Positions 37,303-46,103 of a stretch of DNA of 57,530 nt are shown one piece after another. Numbering within the stretch: the first letter of the stretch is position 1; every line of letters begins with the position of its first letter. Made by a program: the position numbers and the translations under genes. Under the pieces are notes generated by a model. The model saw nothing but the letters and a program-made list of their open reading frames with translations. It was not told the origin of the DNA and ran no database searches. The stretch is from assembly GCA_017390945.1 (NCBI GenBank), contig JAFOZZ010000199.1, forward strand, positions 1-57,530. Direction: 5' to 3'. This stretch comes from Akkermansia sp. (GTDB lineage: Bacteria; Verrucomicrobiota; Verrucomicrobiia; Verrucomicrobiales; Akkermansiaceae).

Positions 37303-38043
37303 ATGCTGCCTGAGGCCGCTATTCATAACTTGCAGGAGGTGCAGTCCTTTGACCAGCACTGGTTGTTCTACCTGTGCTCTATTTTCGGCTCGATTGTGGG
37401 TGCCCTGGCCGGTGCCTCGGCCTCCAGCCGTGTGCGCATGGATTTGTTCGGCGTTATTGCGTGCGGTACGATTGCCTCGCTGGGTGGTGGTACGGTGCGC
37501 GATATGCTGCTGACGGGGCTGACGAGGCCGGATGGCTCGCCGGTGACGGTGTTCTGGGTGAACCCGAGCGATGTGGTGTTCCTGTACTGTGCTGTGGGTG
37601 CCAGCTTGTTTGTGTTTATCGTGACGCGTTTTATAGCGCCGCCTGTGGGTACCATTCGCGTGGCGGACGCTTTTGCTATGGCCTTCTTTACCCTGCTGGG
37701 TGTGGCTAAGGCGCACTGTATCGGCTGCCCGGGGCTGGTGTCCATCTGCATGGGCGTGTGCACTGGCGTAGCCGGTGGTGTGCTGCGCGATGTGCTGACG
37801 GGCAATGTGCCTTATGTCTTCCGTCCGGGCGAGTTGTATGCTACGGCATCATTCGCCGGGTGTGTGTTATTCGAGCTTCTCATGGCGCTTGGTTGCTCGT
37901 ACTCGCTCTCCTTCATTCTGGGCGTGGCGATGGTGTTCGTGGTACGCATGGTGGCAGTGCACCACAACTGGAAACTTCCGTCCTACCGCCCGCTGTTTGA
38001 TACCGTGGGGCGCCACCCGCTCGATGAGGAAGAAACGAAGTGA
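37303..38043 (+). CDS. Trimeric intracellular cation channel / UPF0126 family membrane protein
   Basis: MDLFGVI, GGGTVRD and GVAGGVLRDVL repeats, ELYA. Confidence 0.9.
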   Translation: MLPEAAIHNLQEVQSFDQHWLFYLCSIFGSIVGALAGASASSRVRMDLFGVIACGTIASLGGGTVRDMLLTGLTRPDGSPVTVFWVNPSDVVFLYCAVGASLFVFIVTRFIAPPVGTIRVADAFAMAFFTLLGVAKAHCIGCPGLVSICMGVCTGVAGGVLRDVLTGNVPYVFRPGELYATASFAGCVLFELLMALGCSYSLSFILGVAMVFVVRMVAVHHNWKLPSYRPLFDTVGRHPLDEEETK

Positions 38044-38059
38044 AGGACGAAGCGCGTTG

Positions 38060-38271
38060 AAGTACGAGGGACGAATTCCGAAGGACGAAGTGCTAGCTAG
38101 TCGGCTTACGCCGAAGGAGATGAGCGAAGCAAGCTCCACGCTTAACGCCTGCCTGCCGGCAGGCCCGCGCTTTCAAAGCGCGGAGCACAAGCCCTTGCAA
38201 AGCTTTGCTCACCCTTGCGCGAAAGGCGCCGAACTCATAACTTCGTCCTTCGTACCTCGTCCCTCGTACTT
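38060..38271. mobile_element. MITE-like non-coding element, copy 2 (inverted relative to copy 1)
   Basis: AAGTACGAGGGACGA / TCGTCCCTCGTACTT termini; internal sequence is the reverse-complement homologue of 10085-10292. Confidence 0.75.
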
Positions 38272-38300
38272 TCATATGTCTTTGCTGTCGCGCGCGGGGG

Positions 38301-38328
38301 TTGACATCTCGCGCGCGTGCTTTATAAT
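38301..38328 (+). promoter_or_regulatory. sigma70 promoter TTGACA-16-TATAAT of grpE-dnaJ-rsmE (probably leaderless)
   Basis: TTGACA 38301-38306, TATAAT 38323-38328, ATG 38335. Confidence 0.75.
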
Positions 38329-38334
38329 GGGCTC

Positions 38335-38934
38335 ATGAGCGAAACCGAAAAAGATTTGGAAAAGGAAATGCCCGAGGGCGCCGCATGCGATGACCCCTGC
38401 GGCTGCAACGAGCCCGAAAAGCCCGAGCAGGAGTACGCCGACGCGGTGGATGAATCCGCCGAGGGCGAGGCCGAAGCTGCTGTGGATGAGCTGCAGAAGT
38501 GGCGCGATATGGCTATGCGCACGGCTGCTGAGTACGATAACTACCGCAAGCGCTGCGTGAAGGACCGCGAGGAGTTCACCCGCTACGCTACGCGTGGTCT
38601 GCTGGAGGAGTTGCTGCCGGTGGTGGACAACTTCGAGATGGGCATGATGATGGCTGGTCAGGACACATCGTCCATGATTTACATTGGCATGAGCATGGTG
38701 CAGAAGCAGCTCAACGACTTCCTGGCAGGCCAGGGGGTGGAGGCTATCCCTACCGAGGTGGGGCAGATGTTCGACCACAATATCCATGAGGCCATCCAGA
38801 GCGAGCCGTCCGATAAGCCGGAGGGTACCATCATCCGTATTCTGCGCCGCGGCTACAACCTGAAGGGCCGCCTGCTGCGCCCTGTGAATGTGGTGGTAGC
38901 CGCTGCTCCCGAGGCTGATAAAGCCGCTGAGTAA
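38335..38934 (+). CDS. grpE: Nucleotide exchange factor GrpE
   Basis: [38 protein letters not shown]. Confidence 0.96.
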   Translation: MSETEKDLEKEMPEGAACDDPCGCNEPEKPEQEYADAVDESAEGEAEAAVDELQKWRDMAMRTAAEYDNYRKRCVKDREEFTRYATRGLLEELLPVVDNFEMGMMMAGQDTSSMIYIGMSMVQKQLNDFLAGQGVEAIPTEVGQMFDHNIHEAIQSEPSDKPEGTIIRILRRGYNLKGRLLRPVNVVVAAAPEADKAAE

Positions 38935-38957
38935 AATATATACCCACTTTGCAGACA

Positions 38958-40097
38958 ATGGCTAATGATTATTACAGCGTGCTTGGGGTAGAGAAGGGGG
39001 CGGACGACGCCACCATCAAGAAGGCTTACCGCAAGCTGGCCATGAAGTACCACCCCGACCGCAACCCGGACGATAAGGCTGCGGAGGAAAAGTTTAAGGA
39101 GGTGGGCGAGGCTTACGAGGTGCTGAGCAACCCCGATAAGCGCGCCGCTTACGACCGCCTGGGGCATGAGGCCTTCAAGAATGGCGGCATGGGTGGTGCA
39201 GGTGGCGCCGGTGGTTTCGGCGGCTTTACCGACCCCATGGACATCTTTGCCCAGTTCTTTGGCGGCATGGGTGGCTTTGGTGGTTTCGGCGGCGGTGGCC
39301 GTCGGCAGGCCGACCCGCGCCAGCCGGGGGCTGACCTGCGCTATGATTTGGAGATTACGCTGGAGGAGGCTGCTCACGGCTGCGACAAGACGCTCGAAAT
39401 CGAGCGACTGGTACCCTGCGATGCCTGTGGTGCTACGGGCTCCAAGGATGGCCGCGATGGCTTTAAGACCTGCCCCACCTGTCATGGTACGGGTGTGGTG
39501 ACGCGTCAGAGTGGCTTCTTTGTGCAGCAGACCACGTGTCCCAGCTGCCACGGCGCCGGTCAGACCATCAGCAACCCGTGCTCCAAGTGCCGCGGCGAAG
39601 GCCGTGTGCATAAGGATGTGCAGGTGACGCTTCACATCCCCGCTGGTGTGGACACCGGTAACAAGATGCGCTCCTCTGGCAATGGCGATGCCGGCCTGCA
39701 TGGCGGCGAGACAGGCGACCTCTACGTGTTCCTGGAGGTTATGCCGCATGAAATCTTTACCCGCGAGGGCATGGATCTGCATGTGAGCATGCCGGTGACA
39801 TTGCTGGACGCTACCCGCGGTGGTACCATTTCGGTGCCGACGCTTGATGGTGAGGCTAAGCTGAAGCTGCCTGCCGGTACGTCCGGTGGTACCATCTTCC
39901 GTGTGCGTGGCAAGGGTATGCCTGCGCTGAAGGGCTCCGCCCGTGGTGACCTGATGGTAGAGGTGCAGGTGGAGACTCCTGTCGGTCTGAACTCCAAGCA
40001 GCTGAAGGCGCTGGAAAGCTTCTGCGCAACGCTGGATAATGGCAATCAGCCCGAGGTGCGCGACTTCGCCAAGCGTGCTGCCAAGTACATGAAGTAA
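38958..40097 (+). CDS. dnaJ: Chaperone DnaJ
   Basis: J-domain with HPD, G/F-rich linker, four CxxCxGxG repeats. Confidence 0.97.
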   Translation: MANDYYSVLGVEKGADDATIKKAYRKLAMKYHPDRNPDDKAAEEKFKEVGEAYEVLSNPDKRAAYDRLGHEAFKNGGMGGAGGAGGFGGFTDPMDIFAQFFGGMGGFGGFGGGGRRQADPRQPGADLRYDLEITLEEAAHGCDKTLEIERLVPCDACGATGSKDGRDGFKTCPTCHGTGVVTRQSGFFVQQTTCPSCHGAGQTISNPCSKCRGEGRVHKDVQVTLHIPAGVDTGNKMRSSGNGDAGLHGGETGDLYVFLEVMPHEIFTREGMDLHVSMPVTLLDATRGGTISVPTLDGEAKLKLPAGTSGGTIFRVRGKGMPALKGSARGDLMVEVQVETPVGLNSKQLKALESFCATLDNGNQPEVRDFAKRAAKYMK

Positions 40098-40110
40098 TTG
40101 ATTTCCCCCC

Positions 40111-40845
40111 ATGCATCGCTGCTATCTGCCACAAGCTGACTTTGCCGCCAGTACCCTCATCATCGAGGGCGAGGAGGCGCACCACGCTCTGCGTGTGATG
40201 CGCCTGCGTGCGGGCGACGTCTGCGAGGTGTTTGATGGCGCAGGGCAGGCTGCCCGGGTGCAGGTGCTGAGTGGCCATGGCAGCAGCATGACCGTACAGG
40301 TACAGGAGCTGCTGCCTGCCATGCCGCCCGTGGCTGGCATTACCCTGGCACTGGCTGTGCCCAAAGGCAACAACATGGAGCTCATCGTTCAGAAGGCGGT
40401 GGAGCTGGGCGTGAACCGCATTATCCCCCTCATGACGGAGCGTACCATCGTGCGCCTGAGCGGCAAGGATGCCACGGCCAAGGCTGATAAGTGGCGCCGC
40501 ACGGTGCTGGAGGCCTGCAAGCAGTGCGGCGTGAACACCCTGCCTGTGGTGGAGGAGCCGCAGGCGTACAAGTTATTCTTGCAGCGCGAGGATTTGCCGG
40601 CTCTCAAGGTGCAGTGTGCTATTGTGCCGCATGCACGCTCCCTGCGCGAGGTGCTGGAGGCCGGGCGCGCTGCCGGGCAGCGAGAGTGTGTGCTGCTGGT
40701 GGGGCCGGAGGGGGATTTTTCGCCTGCGGAGTATGCCGCTGGTGAGGCAGCCGGCTATGCTCCCACGGGGTTGGGACCCATCATTCTGCGAGTCGAAACC
40801 GCTGTGTTCATGGCTGCTGCGGCTGCTCGCTACGCGCTGGACTGA
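40111..40845 (+). CDS. rsmE: 16S rRNA m3U1498 methyltransferase RsmE
   Basis: HHALRVMRL, QKAVELGV, EACKQC, GPEGDF, LGPIILRVETA. Confidence 0.95.
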   Translation: MHRCYLPQADFAASTLIIEGEEAHHALRVMRLRAGDVCEVFDGAGQAARVQVLSGHGSSMTVQVQELLPAMPPVAGITLALAVPKGNNMELIVQKAVELGVNRIIPLMTERTIVRLSGKDATAKADKWRRTVLEACKQCGVNTLPVVEEPQAYKLFLQREDLPALKVQCAIVPHARSLREVLEAGRAAGQRECVLLVGPEGDFSPAEYAAGEAAGYAPTGLGPIILRVETAVFMAAAAARYALD

Positions 40846-40865
40846 GGGCTGCGCGTGACAATTTT

Positions 40866-43058
40866 ATGACGATACGAACACTCTTGTGTACCGCGCTCTG
40901 CCTTGTGCCGGGCGCGATGACGGTGGCTGCGGAATCCGCGCCGCTGGTGGCTGCTGCGGCTGTGCAGCATCCTTATTTTGAGGATATGCCGTACCCGGCG
41001 TGGTCCAGGCTGACAGCGGAGCAGGCGCTGAAGGATGCCCCGGTGGCAATGCAGCTGGCCACTGCCCGCCTGGATGCTATCCGCTCCCTTACCCCGGAGC
41101 AGATGACCTTTGAGAACACCTTTGTGGCTCTGGGGGACGCAACCCGCGAGCTGGAGCGTGTGAATGATTACCTGCGCACCCGCGCCGCTGTGCTCGATGC
41201 ACCGGATGTACGCGATGCTCAGGCGGCTCTGATGCCGGAGCTCAATCGCTTTTACTCGGCCATGATGTCCGATACCCGTTTGTGGGAGGTGCTGCGTGCG
41301 GCATCCGGCTGCGAGTGGGTGGCTCAGCTGAGTGCGCAGCAGAAGATGCTCATGCAGCAGACGCTCGATGGGTTCCGCGACAACGGCGCAGAGCTGCCGG
41401 AGGACAAGAAGGCTCGCAAGAATGCCATCGAGCAGGAGCTCTCGCAGCTCACGATGCAGTTCAGCAAGAATATGCTCGATTCCACCAACGCGTGGGAGCA
41501 TATCGTGACTGATAAGGCGCAGCTGGCAGGCATGAGCGATAACTGGCTGGCTGCCGCTGCTGCGGAGGCCGTTGCGCGTGGGCATGGCACGGCTGAGGCA
41601 CCGGCCTGGCGTATTTCGCTGAAGGCGGGCAGTGCTGGTACAGTGCTGCGCGACTGCGAGGTGGAGGCCACACGTAAGCTGTGCTGGGAGGCTCAGATGA
41701 CCATCGGTAAGGGCGGGGCGTTCGACAACGCCGCCATTGTGGGGCGCGTGATGGAGCTGCGTGCCGAGCTGGCGCAGTTGCTGGGATTTGCCACGTATGC
41801 CGACTACAAAACCCATCACCGCATGGTGAACAGCGGCGCGAAGGCACTGGGATTTGTGGATGGGACGATGCAGCGCCTTGCTCCCGCGTTCCGCGCCGAA
41901 TGCGCTGAGCTGCTGGCCTATGCCAATGAGTGCCGTGGAGAAAAGAGCGAGACGCTCGCTCCCTGGAATTTCCGCTATTACCTCAATGAATATACGCAGA
42001 GGAAATGTGCGTATGATGCGGAGGCCGTGCGTCCGTACCTGGCCTGCGATAATGTGCTCCAGGGCATGTTCTCCATCTTCTCGGGGCTGTACAACATTAC
42101 GGTGAGCGAGCTGCCCGCCGTATGTCTGGAGCCCGGACAGGTATGCCCGGAGGGCAAGGTGGAGGTGTGGCACCCGGAGGTACGCATGTTCGCCATCACG
42201 GACAATGCCACGGGGGCTCACCTCGGTTCATTCTACCTCGACCTGCACCCCCGTGCCGGCAAGCGAGCCGGTGCCTGGGTAGCGCCGCTGCGTGCCGGTG
42301 CCCCCGGCAAGAATGGTGCTCCCCATGCCCCGCACCTGGCCTCCATCACCGCCAACCTTACGCGCCCTGTGGGCGACAAGCCCGCGCTGTTCAGCCACAT
42401 GGATGTGCAGACGCTGTTCCATGAGTTCGGCCACATGCTCCATACCATGTTGACCGATACGGAGCTGGCCGCGCACTGGTGCTCCAACATTGCCTGGGAT
42501 TTCATGGAGCTGCCCAGTACAATGAATGAAAACTGGACATGGGAGCCGCAGTCGCTTGCGCTCTTTGCCCGCCATTACGAGACCGGCGAGCCCATGCCTG
42601 CCGAGCTGGTAGAGCAGATGAATGCCGGGCGTCATTTCATGACTGCACTGGCGATGATGCGTCAGTTCTGCCTGGCTAAGCTCGACCTCGAAATGCACAT
42701 GAATTACGCCACACGCTTTGCCGGGCGTGACCTGGATGCCGCCAGCGCCGAGCTGCTGAGCCCGTGGCAGATGCCCTCCGGCGTGGCGGAGCCCTCCTAC
42801 ATGCGCCGCCTGGCTCACTGCATGACTGGTGCCTATGCGGCCGGTTATTATTCGTACCAGTGGGCAGATGTGCTGGCTGCAGATGCCTACCGCCGCTTCA
42901 AGGAGGAGGGTATCCTCAACCCCGCACCCGCTGCTGCGTTCCGCAAGGCGGTGCTTTCCGTGGGTGGTAGCAAGCACGCAATCGATGCCTTCCGCGACTT
43001 CATGGGTCGCGAGCCTGACCCCGACGCTCACCTGAAAGCCGTGGGGATTATGAAGTAA
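40866..43058 (+). CDS. M3A family metallopeptidase with signal peptide, copy 2
   Basis: FHEFGHMLH, WDFMELPS, AGYYSYQWA; colinear paralogue of 29061-31277. Confidence 0.92.
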   Translation: MTIRTLLCTALCLVPGAMTVAAESAPLVAAAAVQHPYFEDMPYPAWSRLTAEQALKDAPVAMQLATARLDAIRSLTPEQMTFENTFVALGDATRELERVNDYLRTRAAVLDAPDVRDAQAALMPELNRFYSAMMSDTRLWEVLRAASGCEWVAQLSAQQKMLMQQTLDGFRDNGAELPEDKKARKNAIEQELSQLTMQFSKNMLDSTNAWEHIVTDKAQLAGMSDNWLAAAAAEAVARGHGTAEAPAWRISLKAGSAGTVLRDCEVEATRKLCWEAQMTIGKGGAFDNAAIVGRVMELRAELAQLLGFATYADYKTHHRMVNSGAKALGFVDGTMQRLAPAFRAECAELLAYANECRGEKSETLAPWNFRYYLNEYTQRKCAYDAEAVRPYLACDNVLQGMFSIFSGLYNITVSELPAVCLEPGQVCPEGKVEVWHPEVRMFAITDNATGAHLGSFYLDLHPRAGKRAGAWVAPLRAGAPGKNGAPHAPHLASITANLTRPVGDKPALFSHMDVQTLFHEFGHMLHTMLTDTELAAHWCSNIAWDFMELPSTMNENWTWEPQSLALFARHYETGEPMPAELVEQMNAGRHFMTALAMMRQFCLAKLDLEMHMNYATRFAGRDLDAASAELLSPWQMPSGVAEPSYMRRLAHCMTGAYAAGYYSYQWADVLAADAYRRFKEEGILNPAPAAAFRKAVLSVGGSKHAIDAFRDFMGREPDPDAHLKAVGIMK

Positions 43059-43068
43059 GCCTACCAAG

Positions 43069-43102
43069 CAAAAGCGCCTCTTCTTACAGAGGCGCTTTTT
43101 GT
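43069..43102. terminator. Bidirectional terminator
   Basis: CAAAAGCGCCTCT-TCTTAC-AGAGGCGCTTTTTG between convergent genes. Confidence 0.75.
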
Positions 43103-43148
43103 TAAGTGAATGCAAGATGTAAACTGTATAAAATCAATGATTTGTCAT

Positions 43149-43200
43149 AAAGCGTGTAAAATCGGGGATTGAATCGACGATTTTACACGCTTTGTTGTAA
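43149..43200. repeat. Downstream copy of the palindrome flanking AAA/DUF4143 gene 2
   Basis: AAAGCGTGTAAAATCG...CGATTTTACACGCTTT (16-bp IR); 43169-43200 is identical over 32 bp to 44422-44453. Confidence 0.85.
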
Positions 43201-43205
43201 GGGCC

Positions 43206-44384
43206 TTATTGAGAATTGATTATATTGTGGTAATTGGCGAAGTTGTGTACTTGTACTTCGTGGAACAGCCCCATGTCTTTACCGCCATAAATAAGAGCCG
43301 CCGGCAGGGCATCCGGGACGCGAGCTGTAAACTGCTCCAGATTTTTTACCATAGCCGGGGTGAAGGTCATGCCGGATTTGATTTCGATGGGGCGAGGGCG
43401 GCGAGCCTCATCCAGAATAAGGTCAATTTCAAATCCTTTTGTATCGCGGAAGAAGTAAAGGTTGGCGCGCTTACCTGCGTTAAAGCGCGTTTTAAGAGCT
43501 TCTACCACGACCATATTCTCAAAGATATTACCCAGCAGGGGGTCGCGGCCGAGTTGCTCCGGCGATTCGATACCGAGCAGGCAGGGGATGAGCCCGGGCT
43601 CTGTAAAGTATATCTTGGGGGATTTTGTAAGCCTCTTACCGTAGTTGTTGTAATAGGGATAGAGGGTAAAAACTATGTAGGAGGCCTCTAGTACCGATAC
43701 CCACTCCCGGATGGTACTGGCACTTACCCCGATATCTGTTGCCAGGGTTGCAAGGTTGAGCACCTGGCCGACTCGTGAGGCAAGGAGTTTAAGAAAGAGC
43801 TCAAAAGCCTGTAGATTGCGAAGGTTGATGAGTTGGCGAACATCGCGCTCGACGTAGGTGCGGAGATAGTCTGAGTAGACTTGTCCCGGTTCAAGGCCAT
43901 GCTCGTACACTCGGGGCATGCAACCACGGAACAGTGCCGTGTCTCTGTCCTCTTTGATGCCGGCCATGGCGAGCTCATGCAGGGAAAGCGGCAGAAGGTC
44001 GACGATGCCGGTGCGCCCAGCCAGTGATTGGGTGATAGCCTGCTGGAGTTCCATTTGGCGGCTGCCGGTGATGATGTACATGCCCGTTTGTTTCTGCTCA
44101 TCGACAATTCCTTGCAGGTAACTGAGCAGCTCGGGGGTATTCTGTACCTCATCGAAGATACAGGGCGCTTTGTGTTGTTGCAGAAAGTGTGTGGGGTCCT
44201 CGCGGAAGTACTGACTTTCACGAAAATCCTCCATGCTCACGTAGTCAAAGTCCGGGTACAGGTGGCGCGCTAATGTGGTTTTTCCGGATTGGCGGGGGCC
44301 AGCAATCGTGACAATCGGGTACATGCCCATGAGTTTTTGTACATGGGCGCTCATCGCTCTTGGTATGTATCCTAGTGGCTTCAC
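43206..44384 (-). CDS. AAA_14 ATPase with DUF4143 / C-terminal PD-(D/E)xK nuclease-like domain, copy 2
   Basis: GPRQSGKTT, IFDEVQ, TGS, SLAGR, YVERDVRQL, KSPKIYF, FENMVVVE, EIDLIL..PIEIKS. Confidence 0.92.
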   Translation of the reverse strand: MKPLGYIPRAMSAHVQKLMGMYPIVTIAGPRQSGKTTLARHLYPDFDYVSMEDFRESQYFREDPTHFLQQHKAPCIFDEVQNTPELLSYLQGIVDEQKQTGMYIITGSRQMELQQAITQSLAGRTGIVDLLPLSLHELAMAGIKEDRDTALFRGCMPRVYEHGLEPGQVYSDYLRTYVERDVRQLINLRNLQAFELFLKLLASRVGQVLNLATLATDIGVSASTIREWVSVLEASYIVFTLYPYYNNYGKRLTKSPKIYFTEPGLIPCLLGIESPEQLGRDPLLGNIFENMVVVEALKTRFNAGKRANLYFFRDTKGFEIDLILDEARRPRPIEIKSGMTFTPAMVKNLEQFTARVPDALPAALIYGGKDMGLFHEVQVHNFANYHNIINSQ

Positions 44385-44391
44385 GTAGAGT

Positions 44392-44453
44392 ATTATACAA
44401 CAAAGCGTGTAAAATGCAAGGTTGAATCGACGATTTTACACGCTTTGTTGTAA
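44392..44453 (-). promoter_or_regulatory. Promoter TTGCAT-16-TATAAT overlapped by a perfect 20-bp inverted repeat
   Basis: TACAACAAAGCGTGTAAAAT (44396-44415) -N17- ATTTTACACGCTTTGTTGTA (44433-44452); -10 at 44397-44392, GTG start 7 nt below. Confidence 0.8.
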
Positions 44454-44496
44454 TATGTTGGGCTATAATGCTTACGAAGAGTGAAAGCTTGCTTGG

Positions 44497-45297
44497 CTAC
44501 GGCATGGGCGTGGGAAGGAGAGCCTTCATGATATCCTGGGAGAAGCCGGGGGTGGCGAAGATGCTGTTGTGGTCGGCGGGGTAGGATTTCACCGCAGGTG
44601 GTGTGGAGAAGGAGCGGATGAGGGCGTCGGTGGAAGCCGGTGGTACGATGGTATCGTACTGAGCGCGGAAGATGGTGACCGGGCAGGTGATGCGCGGGGC
44701 GTAGGAGGCGGAGCGCCACGCATCAATGGGGAGGAGGCGGGGGAGCACGGGCACTATGCCGCAGGCGACAGTGGTGATGCTGTCGAATGGGCAGATGAGG
44801 ACGAGAGCGTCCGGCTGCTCGGCGGCGGCTACCTGGGTGGCGACACCGCTGCCCAGGCTGAACCCGATGAGGTACAGTGGCGTATGGTCGCCGGCCAGCA
44901 AGGCGCGTGCATGGGCGATGCAGTGACGGGCATCGGCCACGATGGCGGCCTCGCTCGGCTGGCCTTCGCTACCACCATAGCCGCGGTAGTTCATGAGCAG
45001 GTAGGAGCGAGTGGTATCCGCCTCGGCGATATTGGCAAAAGCACCGACATTCATGGCATTGCCGCCGAACATAGTGACAAGCGGAGTCCCGGCACCTCGG
45101 TTGAAGAACCAGCCACGCAGCACCGTGCCATCGGTGGCTGGTATGGTGATAGCATGTGCCCGGTAGCCGTAGTTCGCATCTCTCAGCTGCATGGTACTAC
45201 CGGGGTACACCAGCATATCGACTGAGCAGGCTGCCAGCCCCCAGAAAGCCGCGATGAGCAGCAGGGCTGCAATCAGGCAGTTGCGGAGTATTTTCAT
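44497..45297 (-). CDS. Lipoprotein alpha/beta hydrolase (ABHD13/YfhR-like), paralogue B
   Basis: Lipobox LAAC, FGGNA, NYRGYGGSEG.PSE, GFSLG, DTIVP, DHN. Confidence 0.88.
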   Translation of the reverse strand: MKILRNCLIAALLLIAAFWGLAACSVDMLVYPGSTMQLRDANYGYRAHAITIPATDGTVLRGWFFNRGAGTPLVTMFGGNAMNVGAFANIAEADTTRSYLLMNYRGYGGSEGQPSEAAIVADARHCIAHARALLAGDHTPLYLIGFSLGSGVATQVAAAEQPDALVLICPFDSITTVACGIVPVLPRLLPIDAWRSASYAPRITCPVTIFRAQYDTIVPPASTDALIRSFSTPPAVKSYPADHNSIFATPGFSQDIMKALLPTPMP

Positions 45298-45301
45298 GTC
45301 G

Positions 45302-46096
45302 TCAGACCTCTTCTGCTGCCGTTACCTGTTGGCTGGGCAGAGCCTGCATGATATCCTGCGTGAAACTCGGGCAGGAGAAAATGGAGTTGTGGTCTGCCGG
45401 GTAAATCTTTACAGTGGGCGGTGTGATGAAAGAGCGGATGAGCTTGTCCGTGCTGTCGGTGGGTACGATATCATCCGTGAGGGAGCGCATGATGGTGACC
45501 GGGCAGCTGATGGAAGGTGCCACGGTAGCGGAGTCCCAGCTATCCATGGGCAAGATGCGGGGCAGGAGCGGCACCTGATTGCAGGCAACGGTGGTCATGC
45601 TGTCGAAGGGGCAGATGAGCACGAGTGCAGCCACATTCTTACCGGCGGCTACCTGCATGGCGACACCGGAACCCAGGCTGTACCCCACCAGGGCAAGCGG
45701 GCCGGGGGTACCCATTTTGGCACGAGCCTGTGCAATGCAGCTGCGGGCGTCGTCCACCATGATGGCTTCACTCGGCTTGCCCTCGCTGCCACCGTAACCA
45801 CGGTAGTTCATGAGCAGGTATGAGCGCGTGGTGTCAGCTGCTGCGATGTTGGCGAAATTGCCCACGTTCATGGCATTGCCACCGTAGAATACCACCAGCG
45901 GCGTACCGGCTCCGCGGTTGAAGAACCAGCCGCGCAGTGTCGTGCCATCCGTGGCTTGCATGGCAACAGCATGCTCGGTGTAGCCGTAGGTGAGGTCGGG
46001 CTTGTTCTTACCGGCGCCGTTGTATACGATGGAGTTGATGCAGGAGGGCAACAGGCAGCTGAGTGCCAGCGACAGGGTGATGAGTGATTTACGCAT
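45302..46096 (-). CDS. Lipoprotein alpha/beta hydrolase (ABHD13/YfhR-like), paralogue A
   Basis: Start MRKSLITLSLALSCLLPSC (lipobox), YGGNA, NYRGYGGSEGKPSE, GYSLG, DDIVP, DHN. Confidence 0.88.
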   Translation of the reverse strand: MRKSLITLSLALSCLLPSCINSIVYNGAGKNKPDLTYGYTEHAVAMQATDGTTLRGWFFNRGAGTPLVVFYGGNAMNVGNFANIAAADTTRSYLLMNYRGYGGSEGKPSEAIMVDDARSCIAQARAKMGTPGPLALVGYSLGSGVAMQVAAGKNVAALVLICPFDSMTTVACNQVPLLPRILPMDSWDSATVAPSISCPVTIMRSLTDDIVPTDSTDKLIRSFITPPTVKIYPADHNSIFSCPSFTQDIMQALPSQQVTAAEEV

Positions 46097-46103
46097 GTGG
46101 GTG

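Noticed and set aside
38276-38335. CIRCE/HrcA operator upstream of grpE, or a missing dnaK as an anomaly
   Set aside because: No TTAGCACTC-N9-GAGTGCTAA was seen; dnaK separated from grpE-dnaJ is a common arrangement and cannot be judged from this window
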